The notes under the pieces were generated by a model that saw nothing but the letters and a program-made list of their open reading frames with translations, made no database searches and was not told where the DNA came from. The position numbers were made by a program, and so were the translations under genes. A stretch of DNA of 63,459 nucleotides, counting the filler, from Octopus bimaculoides (Eukaryota): assembly GCF_001194135.2 (NCBI RefSeq). It is 10 parts of 10 records of this genome, joined end to end, with 100 filler letters (N's around TTAATTAATTAA, not from the genome) between each part and the next. Parts side by side here need not be neighbours in the genome. Positions count along the whole stretch, not along the records: positions 1 to 19,867 come from NC_068986.1; positions 19,968 to 24,928 come from NC_068994.1; positions 25,029 to 31,098 come from NC_068988.1; 7 more parts are not named here. One strand, given 5' to 3'. The stretch's first letter is position 1. Every line of letters starts with the position of its first letter. This document shows, in pieces, positions 12,580 to 26,353 of the stretch.

Positions 12580-12740
12580 CATGTTTCCATACAGTTTCCA
12601 TTTATCAAATTCACTCAACTGGCATTCATTGGCTTGAGGCTATAGTAGAAGACACTTGCCCAAGGTCCTACATAGTGGGGCTGAGCCTGGAATCACATGG
12701 TTGCAAAGCAAACTCCTTAACATCACAACCATACCTGCAT
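12575..12740 (-). mobile_element. SINE family A head
   Basis: Reverse complement of the 2459-2625 head, adjacent to (TG)n at 12500-12577. Further heads at 970-1032, 3373-3505, 6530-6650, 7125-7300, 15650-15800, 23810-23975, 27065-27175, 34490-34630, 44820-44970, 58724-58833 and 62060-62200. Confidence 0.85.
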
Positions 12741-13532
12741 AGTTTTATTCACTAAAATAGATTGATTAGTCTCTACTTACATTGAGCCTTCATTTTTACA
12801 GTTAATACTTTAAAATCTGGCAGATAGAATGTTAACACTGTTTTAAGTGAAAAAAAAAAAGCAAATCATTGAAACTCAGTATTATCTCAGATGCACAATG
12901 TAACTTTGAGAGCCACAGTTTGGCCTACATTGGAATTGGGGACTAGACGAACTTCTAGTATTCTAGTTTTGTCAAACTCTCACCAGAAAGAGGTAAGGCA
13001 AAAATCAACCCCAGGTGGGAATTGAATTCAGAATATAAAGGAAAGTAACTATCATGAGGCATTTTTGTTTGCTGTTCTATAAATTCTGCTAAACTGTTTA
13101 AGCCTAATGTTGATTCTTACATAGTTACAATGACATAAATGTTTGAAAAGAGTGTAATCAGTTATCTCAGTACATGACTAGTACTTCTTTTATTGATGCC
13201 TTCACCAACATTGGGAAGAGAATGTAAAAAGGACATAATCAAAATCCACAAAATAATTTTATCATTTTATCTGATGCTCCAATGAGTCTGACAATTTATC
13301 ACTCATATCTGTCCTAGAATTAATCAATAGTATCTACGTGGGAGGAGAAAAAATATTGTAAAAATAATCATATTGCAAAAGAAACCAAAGTTTACCAGGT
13401 TAAATACAATTTCCTTTGACAATCAGATGACCTCTGTTTCTCTTTGTCCTCCCCACCATCTCTCTTTCGTTGTTATATGTGTGTATGTGTCTATCTGTGA
13501 ATGTGCATGAGAATGTGTGTGTGTTTGTGTAT

Positions 13533-13573
<41 letters not shown>

Positions 13574-14174
13574 GTGTGTGTGTCTGGATGCTTGTTTCCA
13601 CGTCTTTACGTTGACCCAGTTTGAGCAAAGATGGTAATGCTTGTTCATATCTCTAATAAATAATGCGACCTGAATCTGAGCATTTTCATCATGAGAAGAA
13701 CAGTGAAATGAAAATAGTTTAACTTCAAAACAATTAAAGGTTGTTTACAAACAGGTCAGCTGACCATAAAAAAACTGCTCCAATAAGTCTTGACCAACAC
13801 ATGCTGGCATGGCTTAGACAAAACTTATTGAAGCAGCAAAATAGCTGGGTTATTAGCGTATTGGATAGACTTTCATACTTTTGGGGTTTATAAAAGGAAG
13901 TGCAAATCTGGCAGGGTAGACTGTTTGGTAGAATTGTTAGATCAGGAAATATACTTTAGGGTACCTGTTCTGGCTTATAGCAGTCTGAAAATAAAGCCCA
14001 TGACAATACTTATGTCTAGCTGTGCCAAGTAGGCATTTGGCAAGAGGAGACATCTATGTGTGGGCAACCATCTATCTTCCTCAAAAGATGCTGCCGAAGC
14101 CTGCACATATATATGCAGAGGCATGGTCAGCTCTGGCCAATGGAGTCCCCACATACAGCAAATGAAATCTGTAG

Positions 14175-14290
14175 ATGAGGGAAGCCCAGGAAGATATGGG
14201 ATGAAGTGGTAAAGGCTGATCACAAAATGTTGAGTCTCACAAGGAGATAGCAAAAGACTGAGTTGATTGGCGATATGCTACAGCAGACAT
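14175..14290 (+). mobile_element. RTE LINE ORF C-terminal fragment
   Basis: Translates GKPRKIWDEVVKADHKMLSLT..D..DWRYA, matching the RTE GRPRKTW...DL...DR..WR terminus. Confidence 0.6.
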
Positions 14291-15564
14291 GCTCATTTAT
14301 CTGAGTATGGTGAAAGTGAGATTCTTTGTATGCACACAACTGCACAGCTCACCCATCCTGTCCTTGTTGTGCTTTCATTTGTATCTTCTCACTCTTCTTG
14401 TTTCTTTATCATTCATCCCTCGATCACTTTTCTATCTACTGCATTATTCTGCTGCTGTAATTAAATGAAAGCAGGATTCATTAATATATATTATATTATC
14501 ACTCTTTCTGTACTTCCAGTTATCATTCCTTCTCCCTTGATCCTTCTCCTATTAACATACATCCCTCATTCTGAGCACTGTAGCCCCACTTTATTCTTAT
14601 TCCTCACTGACTAACCTTTCTGTGCTGCCAGTCATCACTCTCTCTCCCCTTTGAGATACTTCCTATCAATTTCCATTTCTTATTCTTAATACTATGCTGC
14701 CCTACACTCATATTTATCATAAACCACCCCAACCATTTTTTATCACTTACTACAAACATCCTTATACATCTCCAACCAGCTCTATTCCTAACCTTATCCA
14801 TGTCTCTCTCTCCCCCACACTCTTGTAATCCACCTCCCTCATTCCTTCATTCCTCTCCTATCTGCCATATTACCATCATTCCTCTCATATTTACCATATT
14901 ATTTTATTGCTCATTCTTTTTGTATTCACATCCTCTGTCCTGAACCACTTCTGTTGACACCAATCTCTCAGTCTTAACACCATTCCTTTTATTCTTGTTT
15001 ACCATTGACTTTTCCTACCCTTCTTCACCATTCACTACATCCACCCTACCCCTATTTCTACCCAGTCTTTTACACACCTATGTAATCTTTATCTACCCAC
15101 TCTTCCTGATCTCTCCTTGCTTCCTTCTGTTCACCTTTTTATACCTTGAGGGTATGCTCCAGCACCTCCCACCATCTTTATCTCTCTTTCCAGCTCTACT
15201 ATCTCTACATCCACTCACATATATTATGTGGGGTAGCCATAAACCAACTCTACAATCAAAACTTCTTCCTGTCCCTCCTTTAACTTCTCAACACTATGAA
15301 TAAAGCTACCCCACTTCCTAATAGTTCCCCTCCCAGTCAAGGGGGCTCATTAATTTTCCAAGTCACAAATCAACCTCACTCATGCTAGTGCTTTGAAAAA
15401 CAATGCGCCTGTCCACTCTTAAAAATGGTTTCTATTAGAAAGGGCGTCCAACTGTAAAAACTATAAAAGCCTGACACACTGAATCCTCTGACCTTTGAAT
15501 CCTGTCAGACAGTCCAACAGATGCCAGCATGGAAAGTTGATGTGAAATGATGATGATAAGCAAA

Positions 15565-15600
<36 letters not shown>

Positions 15601-15859
15601 TCATATTTATCATCCTTTCACATTCATAATATATATATATATATATCAACCATGGCTGTGTGGCAAAAAGTTTGCTTCCTGACCATATGATTTTGGTTTC
15701 AAACCCATTGTATACTTTGGACAATTGTCTTTACTTCTAGCCCTGGGTTGACCAAAGCCTTGTGAGTAAATTTGACAAGCGAAAATTGAAAAATACCAAT
15801 CAGATATATATATATTATGAAGTTACATGGAGCTGAATCAAACTGTTATTAAATAACAG

Positions 15860-15907
<48 letters not shown>

Positions 15908-15964
15908 ATAGATATACACATATATATAAGCATATACACATACGTGTGTATATATATATATATA

Positions 15965-16008
<44 letters not shown>

Positions 16009-16102
16009 ACAGATGTTCTATACATTTTAGAGCCAACACTGAAATGTTCTACATTTCATATACAATGCAATCAAAGATAGAAAAATACATAATGAATGTA
16101 TA

Positions 16103-16140
16103 TGGATATTTCGAGTGTTATTGCTCTTTCATCAGAACCA
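16103..16140 (-). ncRNA. Degenerate minimal hammerhead ribozyme motif (PLE type)
   Basis: Minus strand CTGATGA-AA-GAG-caataaca-CTC-GAAA-T-A-T-C: intact core, 3-bp stem II, palindromic ATAT, AUC triplet. Stem I is poor. Confidence 0.4.
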
Positions 16141-16928
16141 CATCCAACCAATTAACCATCCACGAACAACATTGCTTAAATAGCCACTTAGTTTAGTGAT
16201 GTAACACTACTGGATAGACTAATTTACATATTAAACACATTCCTGGCAACTGGAACATAGATATCAATTGCTGATAGGGATACCATATTTCATTTAGCAA
16301 TTGTAATAAACTACCAAGAATATCAAAGGTCTATAAGTCAATACAGTGTCCTACCTTTTTGTGCTTTAGTAATATCTTCATGAATGGTTAAGGGGTTGGG
16401 TGTGAGACTGAAAAAAAAGTAATAAATTCTGAAACATGCATAAACACCCATTACCTATTGTTGTGTATTTGATTGCATTGTTTACATAGATGTATTTGTA
16501 TATGAAACACGGTAACTTTCAGTGGTGGCTCTAAATTTTATAGAAATAACTTAAAAGTGATTGAATTACACTGCTAACATCAAAAGGTAGGAAACAGTCA
16601 TGACTTATAGAAGACCATTAATATATTTGGTAGTATATTACGGTTGCTAAACGAAGCTAGCAATTATATNNNNNNNNNNNNNNNNNNNNNNNNNNNNNNN
16701 NNNNNNNNNNNNNNNNNNNNNNNNNNNNNNNNNNNNNNNNNNNNNNNNNNNNNNNNNNNNNNNNNNNNNNNNNNNNNNNNNNNNNNNNNNNNNNNNNNNN
16801 NNNNNNNNNNNNNNNNNNNNNNNNNNNNNNNNNNNNNNNNNNNNNNNNNNNNNNNNNNNNNNNNNNNNNNNNNNNNNNNNNNNNNNNNNNNNNNNNNNNN
16901 NNNNNNNNNNNNNNNNNNNNNNNNNNCA

Positions 16929-16972
<44 letters not shown>

Positions 16973-18329
16973 AAGATATATATATACATATGTGGGTGTG
17001 TGTGGGTGTTTGTATGCATTATCACTCTCTTTACCCCACTTTCTAAACACATATCTAAGATAAGCTGATCAAAAGCACAATTGAACTCGGATTCAAGGTC
17101 AGCAGGATATTTACTCCACGCTGATTGTTGGCTAAAATCTGTAAAATCCAGATCAATATGAGAAAGTGAAAGAGAGAGAAAGAAAGAGACAGAGACAAAG
17201 GAAAAGAGAGGGAGAGAGAAATAAAAAGAGAGAGGGAGAGAGAAATAGAGAGAGGGAGAGAGAAATAAAGAGAGAGAGAGGGGGAGAAGAGATTGAGAGG
17301 AGAGAGAAAAAGAGAGAGAGACAGACAGAATGAGGAAATTGGGGGAAAGAGACGGATTAGAACATAGAATTTGTGATGGTCATTGAAAGCTTATGTTAAC
17401 CTTTATCTTAACTCACAAAACAGATTTTCAACCAGAACACCACCCACCCTAACCTTCGACCAGTTCATTTCCTTGTTTAACCTTATTTCAGTTTTTATTT
17501 TATTATGTTGCTTTATTCATTTGTTCTTAAAGATACTGTGTTTATTCTATCCTATTTGTTTTTGGCTTCTTGATTTGTTTGTTTTATATATATTTATGTG
17601 GGTGTGCACCTTCCTTTTTGAGGTAGGCAAGTGCAGCCCACCCCAACCTTTGGGTTGGCTGGCTAGTTCGTGCCCATTATCCTTTACTATTGTGAGGCTT
17701 TCTTGGACCTGGATTTTCTACGGGGAACATACCCCCAACATCAGTTTCTAGACATGAGTGGTCCTGAGACCAAGGCCTCTAACATGAATTTTAAGAAACG
17801 TGATGGAAAATTAGCTAGGGAAGGCAGGGACACTACTCTCTGATACCCCTTTCGGAGCCCCACTACTATGGCATTGAGGTAGATCCAGTCACCCCTGTTA
17901 ATGGGGACAAAACTTGGATTTAAAACACTGGATGATGATGATGAGGAAGAGGATGATATATATATATATAATAGAGAAATTGTACAAAATGTATAAATAG
18001 ATGATGAGTAAAACACTGGCACAGTTTCGATTACCTGTTGTTATCCGTAGATTTATTGTTGTACCCAATAAAATCTATTACACATTCCATCTCATATTTT
18101 ATTAATACTGTTATACATACATACGTACATACATATATNNNNNNNNNNNNNNNNNNNNNNNNNNNNNNNNNNNNNNNNNNNNNNNNNNNNNNNNNNNNNN
18201 NNNNNNNNNNNNNNNATATTCATCAATTTTAGTTGTTGGTAAAGCTTTTCCATACCACTTTCTTAATGTTGCAACAAGAAATAGTCTATATCCATTATCA
18301 TCATCATCATCGTCATTATCCTCATCGCT

Positions 18330-18374
<45 letters not shown>

Positions 18375-18413
18375 GCCATCATCATCGCCATCATCGTCAT
18401 CATCATCGCCATC

Positions 18414-18465
<52 letters not shown>

Positions 18466-19299
18466 ATTACCATCATCAATGTCATTGTTATCGTTGTCGT
18501 CATTACCATTATCAATAGTTGACAATGCAATCGGTATTTCTCTTGCATCATCTGATATGAGAAGTCAAGTGTTTTGTCATATTGTCAAACACTCTTACCA
18601 CATTGTCCTACAAATTACTTTTCAAGCCTACAAAGGAGCGACCAAGTAGTCACTCGACTAGCCAAATCTCCCTCAAATCAAATCACGCACTGCTATCTTA
18701 GAAAAAGAGTATACATTGAATAATGTAATTCTTAGGTCTTCCTATACATAGGAAAAAGTCGAGACAACCATGGCTGGATCACCTTTGATTATAAATCTGC
18801 TTGATCAGTATAAACCTGAGGTTTAAGAAACAACAACTAATTACTTTTCTATAAATCCAGTAAATGCAATTGAAACAGTATTAAAATCAAATAGCCATCT
18901 AAGTATCATACTTAATGTATAAACACTATTAATAACCCAATTACTGCAGTACTTATTGTTCATAAGAGATATTATCTCAGGACAAATTCTGCAATAATTG
19001 GTCAATAAACCGTATATTTATACATTACTAGCTTAAAAGCTGTGCTCTGTGTGGACTTTTAAAGGTAGCTCCTGTGGAGGGCTAATTGGGCATGCAGCCC
19101 AAAACTAAAAAGAGCAATAATAATAATAAAGCATTTATTGGTACTCTACCAATATGGCATTACTTTAAATTCAGTTTAAATGAAAAACTTGTTCACAAAT
19201 TTTTGGCGTTCTTTCAAAATTTGAATTTTCAACTGTTAGCATATAACAAATTCTTGTCCAGAATCTGAACCCAATGCTGGATGCTCAAGAACCAAATGA

Positions 19300-19440
19300 A
19301 GAGCAGATTTTCAATCCTGAGATCATCTTGATTCCAAAAAGGTATATTGATATGTCTATGCAGAGCAAATGTAGACTGAAATACTGGGGTCCTGAACAGA
19401 CAGACAGATAGACAAAATTTTGCATTTATTATTATAGAAG
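19300..19440 (+). mobile_element. Second Helitron-like 3' end
   Basis: ...gaacagacagacagatagacaaaattttgcatttattattatagaag has the same (ACAG)n + ATTTA..ATAGA architecture as 150-281. Confidence 0.35.
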
Positions 19441-19815
19441 TAGATAGTTATTTTAATTACAAGTGCTTCAGTTGCATATACTAGGTTTTTATTCAGTTGG
19501 GTGGCTGTTTACAACACCATTACATCAGAAGTGATGAATTCTCATCCAGAAATGTGGTTGGCTGAGAGTCCACATCCTTGAAAAAGTCAAAAAAAGCCAA
19601 AATATATCTGGAATTCTTACTGGCCACTTCAAGGGTGATAATTTATCTCCCTCCCATATTTATTGTGTTTTCAACACAGCACATCTGTAAAAAATATAAT
19701 CCTAAGATAAATACCATAGACTTCAGTTGTAAATGTATATGCATTAAATGAAATACATAAGTGCCAACTTCTCTGCAAGTTTTACTTTATCCACAAAACC
19801 AATAAATTCTTCAAC

Positions 19816-19867
<52 letters not shown>

Positions 19868-19967
19868 NNNNNNNNNNNNNNNNNNNNNNNNNNNNNNNNN
19901 NNNNNNNNNNNTTAATTAATTAANNNNNNNNNNNNNNNNNNNNNNNNNNNNNNNNNNNNNNNNNNNN
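19868..19967. other. Assembly scaffold linker N44-TTAATTAATTAA-N44 (nine copies in window)
   Basis: Identical 12-mer inside N blocks at 19912, 24973, 31143, 36148, 48501, 51731, 54510, 56651 and 62004. The palindrome gives stops in all six frames. Confidence 0.95.
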
Positions 19968-19983
19968 GCAAGCCTATCATTTA

Positions 19984-20025
<42 letters not shown>

Positions 20026-21137
20026 CATATATATATATATATGCTGGTGGAATATTTACAACATCATAGGAACGATATAGTGCTGACGGAGGCGTCGGAA
20101 GAAGTAGTTTCTCGAGATGATTCCAATGACCAAGATCTATCATGTCTTTTATTCTGACTGATCACTGGGAGACTTCAGTTTTTATAATATTTTGTTTCGT
20201 GTAGGGAAACCACAGCTGACAACAGTATTCAAGGTGACGCAGAGTAAAATTAAAGAAGACAGGAATAATTGTAGAAATATTTCTAGACCGGAAAGAAACG
20301 CAAAAATAAAATTATAAAGTTTAGAAAAACTGTGGTTCTAGTGTACTATAGTCCAATGATTAAGCAATCTCCCGAAAGGCTCATAGAAAAGAAATAAAGA
20401 TAGACAGGCTTGCGTGGGTCTGGTCTTGCAAACATACCACTACACGTCCTCCTGTGGGTCGAATATGAGCCAGCGTGCCAGGACTATGTTGTATTTAGTA
20501 ACGGCACTTTAAGTTCAAGTTCAAATCCTATCGAAAGAAACTCGCTGTTTTATATTTCCTGAGTCGATAAACTACAAACACCAGTAAAGTACTAACGTTG
20601 GTTTAATCGACTAAATCCGTCGCACAAAATACATGTCCTTACCACAATGTCACAAACCGATATCATTCATGGACGGTGGGCAGAAAATTGGAGTCGACCT
20701 GGATGAGAGGTTAAGATGGTGGACAAGAAATCCTATACGGATTATCGCTCCATTGGTTCGAATACTATCAGTGGCGTTGGTAAAGCTTAAAGCATTAAAG
20801 TGTTGGAAACAGAGCAGTGCCGAACTAAAGGTCAGACAGGATTTAGTAGCGTCCCTTTAAGTTTTGAACTCAATCTCACCTTTCATATTTCCGGCATCAA
20901 CAAAATCAATACCAGTCAAGTATAATGTATTGATCCAATATATTTATGTATATATACGTGAGTGCGACTGTACATGTGTAAATGTATGTGTCTGTGTGCG
21001 TATTTGTACATAACTGTTCATGTATTTGTGTGTGTGTATGTGTGTATCAACAATTTACTCATATACATATACGCGTCTTATATATATATATATATATATA
21101 AACAGACACACATATATGTGTGTGTGTGTACGTGTGC

Positions 21138-21168
<31 letters not shown>

Positions 21169-21459
21169 CATAATTTCATTTATAATATAGACTGGATATT
21201 CACAGTTACAAAACTAGGATACTATTCAATAAAGTACCAGGTATTTGAATATGTACTCTTGCATGAGATTCATGCTATGAATTTCATCAGAGTCAAGTAT
21301 TCATATATAAATTCACATAAAAGTATATAAATTCTTATATGAAAATAAATACGCGCATGCGCATTCACACCTGCATATACGCACAGTATATGTTATTATT
21401 ATTATTTATGTAAGCCCTTGTGGCCAATAAACAAATTGATTGTTATTATTATTATTATT

Positions 21460-21688
21460 GTTCAGTAGTTTTATTTTTATAACGTGCTTTCACTTCACTA
21501 CCGAGCGCAGCTCTGTGCGCGTTGGGTATGTGCTGTGGTTTGCTGTGGTGCTCTTATGTTTACTGTATTGAAAGTGTTTTGCGTAGAATGTGTGCAGTGC
21601 CCAGTAGTGCAATTTTCTGTATGTTATATATATTTGTAAGTCCTGGTGTTTTTGTTATGTATTTGTCTGAATATTCTTTTATTATACC
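21460..21688 (-). mobile_element. R4/Dong-clade LINE 3' end abutting (AAT)n
   Basis: GIIKEYSDKYITKTPGLTNIYNIQKIALLGTAHILRKTLS matches the QK..LLGTA.ILR end of the REL-endonuclease ORF. Short UTR, then (AAT)n at 21444-21459. Confidence 0.8.
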
Positions 21689-21878
21689 NNNNNNNNNNNN
21701 NNNNNNNNNNNNNNNNNNNNNNNNNNNNNNNNNNNNNNNNNNNNNNNNNNNNNNNNNNNNNNNNNNNNNNNNNNNNNNNNNNNNNNNNNNNNNNNNNNNN
21801 NNNNNNNNNNNNNNNNNNNNNNNNNNNNNNNNNNNNNNNNNNNNNNNNNNNNNNNNNNNNNNNNNNNNNNNNNNNNNN

Positions 21879-22335
21879 GGCAACCAATCGCACCCAGAAA
21901 TTATGCGAGAGGAAGCTCTACCTGAAAGGTCGAGCCGAGATGGCGAATGGGTACATCGTATCCGTTATCTATTACCGCTTGACCGTCGTCCCTTGCCCCG
22001 TTTGCCGGTTGACCAAGCTGGTGCGCTTACTCTTCCGCTTTCTGTGGAAGGGGCGCGTTCCACTGGTAGGTGGTCCGTCTGCTGTCGACAGCCGCTGAAT
22101 GGAGGGATGGGCATGCTGTCATTGCTGATGTGCAGACATGTGCTCAGGCTACGACATCTCCAGCGTTTCCTTGACGGTGAGCTGGTGTGGTCGCCGTTTG
22201 TAAGACTCACTTTTCCACAGCTCATCTCTTTGACTGAGCTACAGTCCTTGATAAGGCGTAGATCGAGGAGGAGCGCCTGACACCTCGAGTGCTGTCAAGC
22301 GCACACAGCTCTGCGTCAGGCGAGCAATGCGGTCA
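21879..22335 (+). pseudogene. L1/Tx1-clade LINE ORF2, post-RT region
   Basis: RKLYLKGRAEMANGYIVSVIYYRLTVVPCP...LFRFLWKG / R..CCRQPLNGGMGM...RHVLRLRHL. Matches the LSL.GR...FLW...GGLG signature, with one frameshift near 22070. Confidence 0.85.
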
Positions 22336-22364
22336 GTGGTTGTTCCACTCTGGCGTTCTATAGT

Positions 22365-22515
22365 TTTGGGGGCTTGCTCTGATCACATGTTAATTCCGAT
22401 TTCACTGACATATTTCTCGAATTTGCCTGTTAGTGCTCCGAATGCCGCTACAACTATTGGAATGACAAACACACTCCTCATAGTCGACACTCTTTCAATT
22501 TCGTCTGTAAATTTG
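22365..22515 (-). mobile_element. R4/Dong REL-domain fragment
   Basis: EIERVSTMRSVFVIPIVVAAFGALTGKFEKYVSEIGINM*SEQAPKT aligns with the 42760-42900 copy. Confidence 0.75.
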
Positions 22516-22894
22516 GGTCTGAAAAATTCGACTTGTATGACGGAAAATACAGTAAATAGAATTCAATTTCTACCAAAACAAAGAACGAGAAACAACACGC
22601 GCAAGGTCCCATTATAATCTACACGGTCATAAACACAACTAAAAAAAGAATTAAGGAAATACAATTAGCAACAAAAAGCAGATGACTTCATCACACCAAC
22701 AAATAACATACCAACACTTGTAAATCCTGAAAACAACACAAAAATCTTACAACAAAATGAAAGAAAATATCCCAACGTAATGGAAAATTTCCGAAGGATA
22801 AAAAATAAATGTATTTACAACTTACTCATAGAAACATTAGATAACCGGAAGTACAAATCATGACACTCCTCAGGTATAATCTCCTTTACTTTCC

Positions 22895-23665
22895 TCCTTT
22901 CGTGCATCATAGCCACACTGAGCGGTGTAAATGCACGTAGCCTGGAGTTGCTGTGGAAGGAAGAGGCCTTGCTCGTCGACCTCGAGTCATTAGAAATGAA
23001 AGTGCTGGCTGTCAGTGACAACAAAATTTCCAGGGTACCAGCCCATCTTCGACGGATACGAGATGTGTACATCTCATGTCGATCGGAACTGGAAAGCAGA
23101 GTCGCTGTGTTGTTTGCGAAGGTCTGGATCTCGCAATACAAACTATTTTCCTAGAGCCAGAGAATAAATCGGTGCTGCTAGACATGACCAGCAGCGAAGG
23201 CCAAATGTTCCGACAAATGTTCCTGGGATCGTCCTGGTCTTTAGTGCTAATGACAGACTGGAACGACATTTTGGATGCACGATGGGACTGCGTATCACTA
23301 GTCGACAGAGTGGGATGCAAAAGCTTCACGAATTTGCTCGGATATTTTCCAATATCTCACATGTTCTGACTACCTTTTCCGAATGTGCCAATATGAACTT
23401 GAACAAACCATATCGAGCCCTCCAGATCGCATCCAGAGAGCATTCTGCGTGGATCTAGATAGAAATCGCGAAACTGACACAAATTTGTGATTTGTATGGT
23501 CAACTTAGAATGATTTCTTAATTTGAGACCCGGTGACTTGAAGCTGAACACGCTGTTCCCGGTGCACAAAGCTTACAGAAACCGGATTAGCGGATTAGTT
23601 AAGCGGGAGTTGACAGAGACAGTCGTCAACAACAAATGGTGGAACCCCATTAAAACATTAGAACA
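22895..23665 (+). pseudogene. L1/Tx1-clade LINE ORF2, APE endonuclease region
   Basis: IATLSGVNARSL...KVLAVSDNK...RVAVLF / LVLMTDWNDILD...P.VP.*T*TN...SRS...LDR...(T)D(H)KFV...PG..KLN. Decayed GDWN, WTW, SDH and WKLN motifs, with multiple stops and frameshifts. Confidence 0.8.
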
Positions 23666-24619
23666 AAATCAATAAGGTTTAGTAAGGGATTAGAGATAGA
23701 GTAAACTAGATTATAGGGTGACCTTGTTTGAAATATAGAAGAGGCGTTCAGAAAATACATCGCGACCAGAGTACTTGCAGTGAGATTGACCTTTGACCAA
23801 TTCTTCAACATATATGCGACAGGCTTCTTTCAGTTTCCGTCTACCAAATCTACTCACAAGGCTTTGGTCGGCCCGAGGCTGTAGTAGAAAGAACATACTT
23901 ACCCAAGTTGCCATGTAGTGGGACTGAACTCGGAACCATGAAGTTGGAACGCAAGTTTGTTACCACACAGCCACGGCTAACAATAGAGGGTCTCTGATGT
24001 ACAAGATTGAAAGGGAAAGAATAAACAGCTCCCTCTTCAGTCAAATCGTTAATCATTTTTCTTTTCTTTTTTTTTTTCAAGTTTCACTTGAATAAGGAAA
24101 TGAGGATTGACGGGAAAGCGCAGCCTCACCGCAAAATCGTAGAAAGTTAGATGANNNNNNNNNNGTTTCCTACGAGAGTCTCCCATATTTGGGGGAGACT
24201 TTCTTTGATTTTTTTTCTGCTTTTCTATTTTTGTTATTTACCTTATTTAAACATTTTTTTTATTTTACGTAATTTCTCACTCCATCATTCTGTACAGTCC
24301 TCGATCTTTTGTCAATGCTTGCTAATTAAAATAACATTAAAAAGAATTGCATTATTATCAAGACAGCAAGATGGCAGACTCGTTAGTGCGTTGAATATAA
24401 TGCTTAGCGGCAATTCTTCCGGCCATGTCAACTTTGCCTTTCATCCTATCGGGGTCGGTAAAATAAAGCACGAGTCAAGTACTAGGTGAGATGTACTCGG
24501 CTTACCCATCCCCCACCACCAAGCCTGCATCGAAGTAGCTGGCCTCACGCCAAAATTATAGAGAATTTTTACTACCATCATCATCACCACCCCCACCATC
24601 ATCATCATCATCATCATCA

Positions 24620-24680
<61 letters not shown>

Positions 24681-24871
24681 CATCATCATCATCATCATTA
24701 TTATATGTCTGTGTCCATATATGTATATATAAATGTAGATGTATACATTAATACGTATATAAATATATATATATACACACACACAAACACACACATATAG
24801 ATATATATATATTAGAAATAAACATACATATATCGTCCACACACACACACACACACATAAATATACATGCA

Positions 24872-24902
<31 letters not shown>

Positions 24903-26353
24903 GTATGTATGTATGTATGTATGCATATNNNNNNNNNNNNNNNNNNNNNNNNNNNNNNNNNNNNNNNNNNNNTTAATTAATTAANNNNNNNNNNNNNNNN
25001 NNNNNNNNNNNNNNNNNNNNNNNNNNNNCCTAAAACTAACCCTAACTCTAGAATCCGAACTCTAAAATTGTTACACACATAGATACGCACAGCGTAATTT
25101 ATTATATAAACAATATATGCGTATAAATTACGATTAAACCGGATGAAACATGTCACAGGGAATAACATTTTTATGACCGCCCAGCAGTAAGTCTATTGAG
25201 CTGAATAGACGTCAGTGATTGGTTCAAATTACAGAAATACGACAACTTTAACATGGAATAACTTGGGAATTCCTTTTTTTTGTTAAGAAGACTAAGAGTA
25301 AAAGATGTTTTATATGACACATTCTACCAGTGTCCCAAGTTTCAAAGTGTTTCGTTAAGAAAATACTGGCGCCCCTGTTTTAAAATAGATCCATAATGAG
25401 CATTGGGAGCGATTTGTTCGACTAGAAACCTTTCAAAGTGGTGCCCCAGCATGGCCGCAGTCAAAATGACTGAAACAAATAAGATAAAAAATAGTAGTGT
25501 GTGAAATTTGAGGAACATTTGGTTGCTATTTCTAGTAGATCAGGTCGAGTGACCAGATTGATGAAACTATTTCTTACATTGGCAAAGCACCAGTCTTTTT
25601 AGGAGTAAGGAAATGTGTGTGTGTGTGTGAGAGAGAGAAGGAGAGGAAGAGAGAGAGGGGGAGAGAGAAAGAGAGAGAGAGAAAGAAAGAGAAAAAGGGA
25701 GTGAGAGATAGAGGGAGGGAGAGAGAGAGAAAGAGAGAGAGGGGAAGAAAAGGAGTGAGTGAGAAAGAGTGAGCGATAGTGATAGAGGGGAGAGAGTGAA
25801 AGAGAGAGAACGTGCTGACGTTAATGATAGGTCAAACTATTCGATATGAAAACAAGATCGGGATCAGACGTGAATATTTTTGTAGATTGTCCACCTAAAA
25901 GAACTTCAGCTAAACATCCTGAAATACACATACATAAAACAAATAAATCACGCGCGCGCGCGCATACACTTACACTCATAAACAGTGAGAAATTTAGGTT
26001 AGAGTTAACTATTTGTATTCCCTTTGCTGTTTTGTGTATGGTTTTATTGTTCTTACGCGAAACAGCGCCAGTGTAACTTGTTTGGCAAGAAATTTCAAAC
26101 AACCATATTTACAAACGCTCAAACGGAATGAGAATTATAAAATAAATAAATAAATAAAACACGCACACACACACAAAAAAAAAACCCAATAATGGAAGGA
26201 AACGGAAAATAAGTGGGTGTCAAATTCCATTTCTAACAACTTCTATTGTTTTTGATGCTGTTTATTTTTATCTTTGCACGTAAACAAACTGACATGTCCT
26301 GCACAGATAGATAGATACGCGCGCATACACGTACCTTTTATTCTCTCCCGTAC

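Noticed and set aside
19912-19923. Palindrome TTAATTAATTAA recurring nine times
   Set aside because: Always centred in N blocks (44 N on each side where counted): a scaffolding spacer, not biology.
20041-20860. Short ORFs MLVEYLQHHRND... and MSLPQCHKP...
   Set aside because: No recognisable motif and no consistent splice chain.
25029-25050. Telomere-like cctaaaactaaccctaactcta
   Set aside because: Only one exact CCCTAA, at a contig edge within what looks like an interspersed repeat.
25821-25918. Terminal exon GCLAEVLLGG... for the candidate minus-strand gene
   Set aside because: Good acceptor, but its open phase (1) does not match the phase-0 donor at 26056, so it was left out of the model.
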